A stretch of 64,000 nucleotides of DNA from a virus: IMG/VR virus record IMGVR_UViG_3300027969_000044, positions 64,001 to 128,000 of that record; one strand, 5' to 3'. Under the pieces are notes generated by a model. That model saw nothing but the letters and a program-made list of their open reading frames with translations. It made no database searches and was not told the origin of the DNA. Positions 60,894-64,000 of the stretch are shown piece by piece; positions within the stretch are counted from its first letter, which is position 1, and the number at the start of each line of letters is the position of its first letter. The translations under genes and the position numbers were made by a program.

Positions 60894-61753
60894 CTTGCGT
60901 TGTCAAATCCTATAGGAACTAGATAAGTTTCGGGGGCACCTAAATCAATTTGTTCAGGTGTTGACTGTACTGTTAACGGTTGCAGACCGTTATCTGTTTT
61001 TAGTTTATCAATTTGGGTCTGTATCTTAGTAAACACATCTTTGTCTGCATTTTGGACAAATTCTAAAATAAAATTTGGATCTTCTACAACAGTATCTGGT
61101 GTTTTAATAGCATATATGCTGTCGGCAATTAACTTAACGGTAACATCTGTCATAACGCTAAAGCTACGGTTAAATGCTGTTAGTTTGTCTTCGTCACTTA
61201 TCTTATCATCGTTAACAATTTGCATTACTTTTTGTGCTTCGAACGATTTAAGTCCTGTGTCGGTCAAGTGTTTATAAGTTAGAGGACGAATAAAGCAAGT
61301 AATATTTTCATTAATAACAACCTCGTCGTTCCATATTGTTCGTTGATAAATGCTATCTAACAGCATTCGAAGGTCGACGCTATGATCAACTGTTTCAGTT
61401 GTGTTTGGCACCACATGAGTAATTTCCATCATTTCACCGTAGGTTGCCAGACGTATAGCAATTAAAATAGCATCTAAGTCAACGTTTGGAGTTTTCCATG
61501 CATCTTTAATATTAGGAATACAACTTTGTATAACGTCAACAATACCTTGCCCGTTCATTAAGGCATCGGGAGTTTTAAATGTTAGCTCGTCTTTTGCGGT
61601 CATTGAGTAAACAGGAATTTCTTTGTTTTCTGAGTAATCAATAGAACCATTCTCCCAAAATGCTCCCTGGCTTGGGAGTCTAATATAAATTTTTGGTTGA
61701 CGCATATATTGCATCAACGGATTTTGTTTTGGTGGTTGCTTGAAAGTTGCCAT
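60872..61753 (-). CDS. Baseplate hub assembly / tail assembly chaperone (T4 gp26-like)
   Basis: LPS.G...VYSMTAKDEL...I..C...DLDAILIAIRLATYGE; start at 61753 after GGAG. Confidence 0.75.
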   Translation of the reverse strand: MATFKQPPKQNPLMQYMRQPKIYIRLPSQGAFWENGSIDYSENKEIPVYSMTAKDELTFKTPDALMNGQGIVDVIQSCIPNIKDAWKTPNVDLDAILIAIRLATYGEMMEITHVVPNTTETVDHSVDLRMLLDSIYQRTIWNDEVVINENITCFIRPLTYKHLTDTGLKSFEAQKVMQIVNDDKISDEDKLTAFNRSFSVMTDVTVKLIADSIYAIKTPDTVVEDPNFILEFVQNADKDVFTKIQTQIDKLKTDNGLQPLTVQSTPEQIDLGAPETYLVPIGFDNASFFGNGS

Positions 61754-61765
61754 TTTTGATCTCCA

Positions 61766-61801
61766 ATAAATAAACAATGTGTATAGTACTCTTTATTTAT
61801 A
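61766..61801. promoter_or_regulatory. Face-to-face (crossed) late promoters for the chaperone and tape-measure genes
   Basis: ATAAATA on + (61766-72); TATAAATA on - (61801-61794). Confidence 0.6.
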
Positions 61802-61825
61802 TTAGCACTTAACCCCAGGAATTTT

Positions 61826-64000
61826 ATGACCGGCGCATCCGAAGCAACCTTACAAGAACTCTTAGCTGTTAATAAAGCCACGGCGGCGGCAATTCAACAA
61901 CTTGCAACAAAAGGCGGCGCTAGTGGTGGAGCACCTTCAGGAGGCGGAGGAGGCAGTTCCGCGCCAGATCCAAAAGGCCCAGGAATATTCAGTAAAGCTC
62001 TAAGCGGTGCTGGAAGTTTGTTAACCGGAACATTTAGTGCTGCCGCAGGAATTGCCAGTACAGCCTTTACACAGATAGCAAGTACTGGTAAAGCAGTATG
62101 GCAAGGTCAACAACAATTAGCTCAGACTGCTATTGATGGTAGCGGAAAGTTATCGTCATTTGCTGATGCGATGAGTAACTTGCCTGGTATCTTAGGTCTA
62201 GTTGCTAGAGCCGCATCATTTCAAGCAAAACAATTAGAAGCAAACTTAAATCTTTTTCAACAGGTATCTCAAAGCGGAGCATTGTTTGGCGGAAGTCTCG
62301 TTGAAGTTAAAAAATCTGCACAATCAGTAGGATTAAACTTCAACGAGTTTGCTCAGTTAATGAAAGAGAACGTGGGTACTTTTCATAAGTTAGGAGGCAC
62401 AGCACAAGACGGCGCCGACCGTTTGATTAAATTTAATAAAGGGTTTGTCAACGGAGAAGTTGGTCGACAGGTAATGAATTTAGGATTCAGTGCTAAAGAA
62501 GCTAATGGACTCTTAGGTAACTATGCTGAAACAATGGGCGGCATCAGCCAAGCTCAGTTAGATGATCAAAAGGGTATGGAGCAATCTGTAAAATCTTTTG
62601 CTAACGAACTTGCGTTAAGTGCAGCATTAGAAGGTATTAGCAGAGAAGAAAAAGCAAAACAAATGAAAGAGCAGGCCGCTAATGCCGCTCGTGAACTATT
62701 GCTGTCTAAAATGACAGCAGAAGAAAAGCAACGATACGTTGAAGCGGAAAATCGTGCTGGCCTAATTGGCGGAAAAGCTGCCAAAGATGCGTTGCTATCT
62801 GCTACACTTGGCTTACCGCCAATGACAAAAGAAGCACAAGTGTTTGCCGCTACACAAAGTAAAGCTAACAAAGAAGTTTTAAATCTTGGCGAGATTGCCA
62901 AAGACGGAAGCATAAGCGAAGCAGAGCGTCAGAAGCGTATGGACCAAACAACTGGTCGCGGCCAAAAGGCCATGGCAGAAAGCGCAGAAAAATACGGCAA
63001 GTCAATGAACGCTATCATTCTGGCAGGTGGTCCATTAGCAGGTAGTATGAGCGCAAGTGCTAAGGCCGCGGCAGAAGCTAATAATAAAGGTCTTAAGACA
63101 GAAGAAGATTACGCTAATAATATTAAGAAAACTAGAGAACAAATACAAGAAGCAGAGAAGAAAGGCCAAGCAGGCGCCACAGAACAAGCCGCTATGCGAG
63201 CTAAGTACCAAGGCGGACTAATGGACAAACTTAATGCCGCCTTGGCCAAACTATTTCCTATTGTGGTTAAAGTAGTTGAAGTGTTTACAGATATGTTTTT
63301 ATGGGCAGTAAACATGGGAAGTAAAATTTTAGATCAGATATTAATTCCTGGCTTTAAAGAAATATTTGCCGGCGTTAGCATGGACAGTATTATTAAACCT
63401 TTTAAAGACTTCTGGAAAGGGCTTACTGGCGGATTTACTAGCGGAGAAATAGACTTCAAAGCAATTAAAGATACTATAGTTGGGTTCTTTAGACCAATAG
63501 TAGTAACCTTTGGAGAATTAATGAGCTCCATTAACTTTGAGGAAGTTGGGAAAACTGTTAGAACAGCCTTTACAACTATAAAAGATTTTATATCTGGAAT
63601 TTGGAACTCATTAAGTTCCGGTGGCGGCCTTGACAATGCTAAAGATCTATTCAAAGAATATGTTAGCTATATAACGCAATTTGTAGGACTAATATGGAAA
63701 GCAATAAGCGCAATTGATTGGAAAGGTATCGGTGAAAGTCTTGGCGCTGTATTAGGTAAATTGTTTAAAGCCGTTAAAGAAATATTCCAACCTATTATGA
63801 TTAGAGCAAGTGAAATTTTTTCTCAAATAGGAAACGATATCGGGCCGGTGATGAGCGATTTAAGTGACATCGTTAAACTTGTATTTCAAAGAATAGGAGA
63901 TGTAATTGATATTTTAATGAAGTACGTCTGGCCAATTGTTAAGCCTATTGTTGATGGCTTGATGAATGCTATGATTCCGTTCTGGAATTATGTTAAAGAT
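61826..64000 (+). CDS. Tape-measure-like protein, truncated by the window edge, absent from the ORF track
   Basis: AGGA then ATG 61826, MTGASEATLQELLAVNK...; helical Ala/Gly/Gln-rich, with periodic W/F residues later; next to the frameshifting chaperone. Confidence 0.75.
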   Translation, partial: MTGASEATLQELLAVNKATAAAIQQLATKGGASGGAPSGGGGGSSAPDPKGPGIFSKALSGAGSLLTGTFSAAAGIASTAFTQIASTGKAVWQGQQQLAQTAIDGSGKLSSFADAMSNLPGILGLVARAASFQAKQLEANLNLFQQVSQSGALFGGSLVEVKKSAQSVGLNFNEFAQLMKENVGTFHKLGGTAQDGADRLIKFNKGFVNGEVGRQVMNLGFSAKEANGLLGNYAETMGGISQAQLDDQKGMEQSVKSFANELALSAALEGISREEKAKQMKEQAANAARELLLSKMTAEEKQRYVEAENRAGLIGGKAAKDALLSATLGLPPMTKEAQVFAATQSKANKEVLNLGEIAKDGSISEAERQKRMDQTTGRGQKAMAESAEKYGKSMNAIILAGGPLAGSMSASAKAAAEANNKGLKTEEDYANNIKKTREQIQEAEKKGQAGATEQAAMRAKYQGGLMDKLNAALAKLFPIVVKVVEVFTDMFLWAVNMGSKILDQILIPGFKEIFAGVSMDSIIKPFKDFWKGLTGGFTSGEIDFKAIKDTIVGFFRPIVVTFGELMSSINFEEVGKTVRTAFTTIKDFISGIWNSLSSGGGLDNAKDLFKEYVSYITQFVGLIWKAISAIDWKGIGESLGAVLGKLFKAVKEIFQPIMIRASEIFSQIGNDIGPVMSDLSDIVKLVFQRIGDVIDILMKYVWPIVKPIVDGLMNAMIPFWNYVKD

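Noticed and set aside
61754-61777. Track start 61777 for the gp26-like gene
   Set aside because: ATG at 61753 has a GGAG ribosome site; the extension overlaps promoter boxes
1-64000. Stop-codon reassignment
   Set aside because: Genes tile densely under the standard code, including a 14.6-kb ORF

Overview
A 64 kb piece of a large, AT-rich, tailed dsDNA phage with T4-like late-transcription, recombination and baseplate genes (large myovirus). From left to right: (1) 1-16.4 kb, + strand, metabolic genes. These include 7-deazaguanine precursor genes (QueD-like, FolE, QueE) interleaved with a glycosyltransferase, an NDP-sugar dehydrogenase, a split HldE-like nucleotidyltransferase/kinase pair, cupins, a PRTase, MazG, HIT, an RNase H-type 5'-3' nuclease and a MoxR AAA+/VWA pair. 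(2) 16.4-54.5 kb, - strand, baseplate and fibre module: four paralogous fibre proteins, a glycine-rich adhesin, a collagen-like fibre with a cupredoxin motif, a 4855-aa protein, and gp6/gp25/gp5/gp53-like genes. (3) 54.6-60.7 kb, + strand: gp55 late sigma, gp47/gp46, Hc1-like, a GIY-YIG gene and a ~470-nt highly structured non-coding region. (4) A gp26-like chaperone with an apparent programmed -1 frameshift, facing away from a tape-measure-like gene that runs off the right edge. The most notable signals are the possible sugar-decorated deazaguanine pathway, the large structured non-coding element, the -1 frameshift, late-promoter/hairpin translational switches and a candidate pseudoknot in the folE leader. 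All family calls come from motif recognition by eye; no searches were run.
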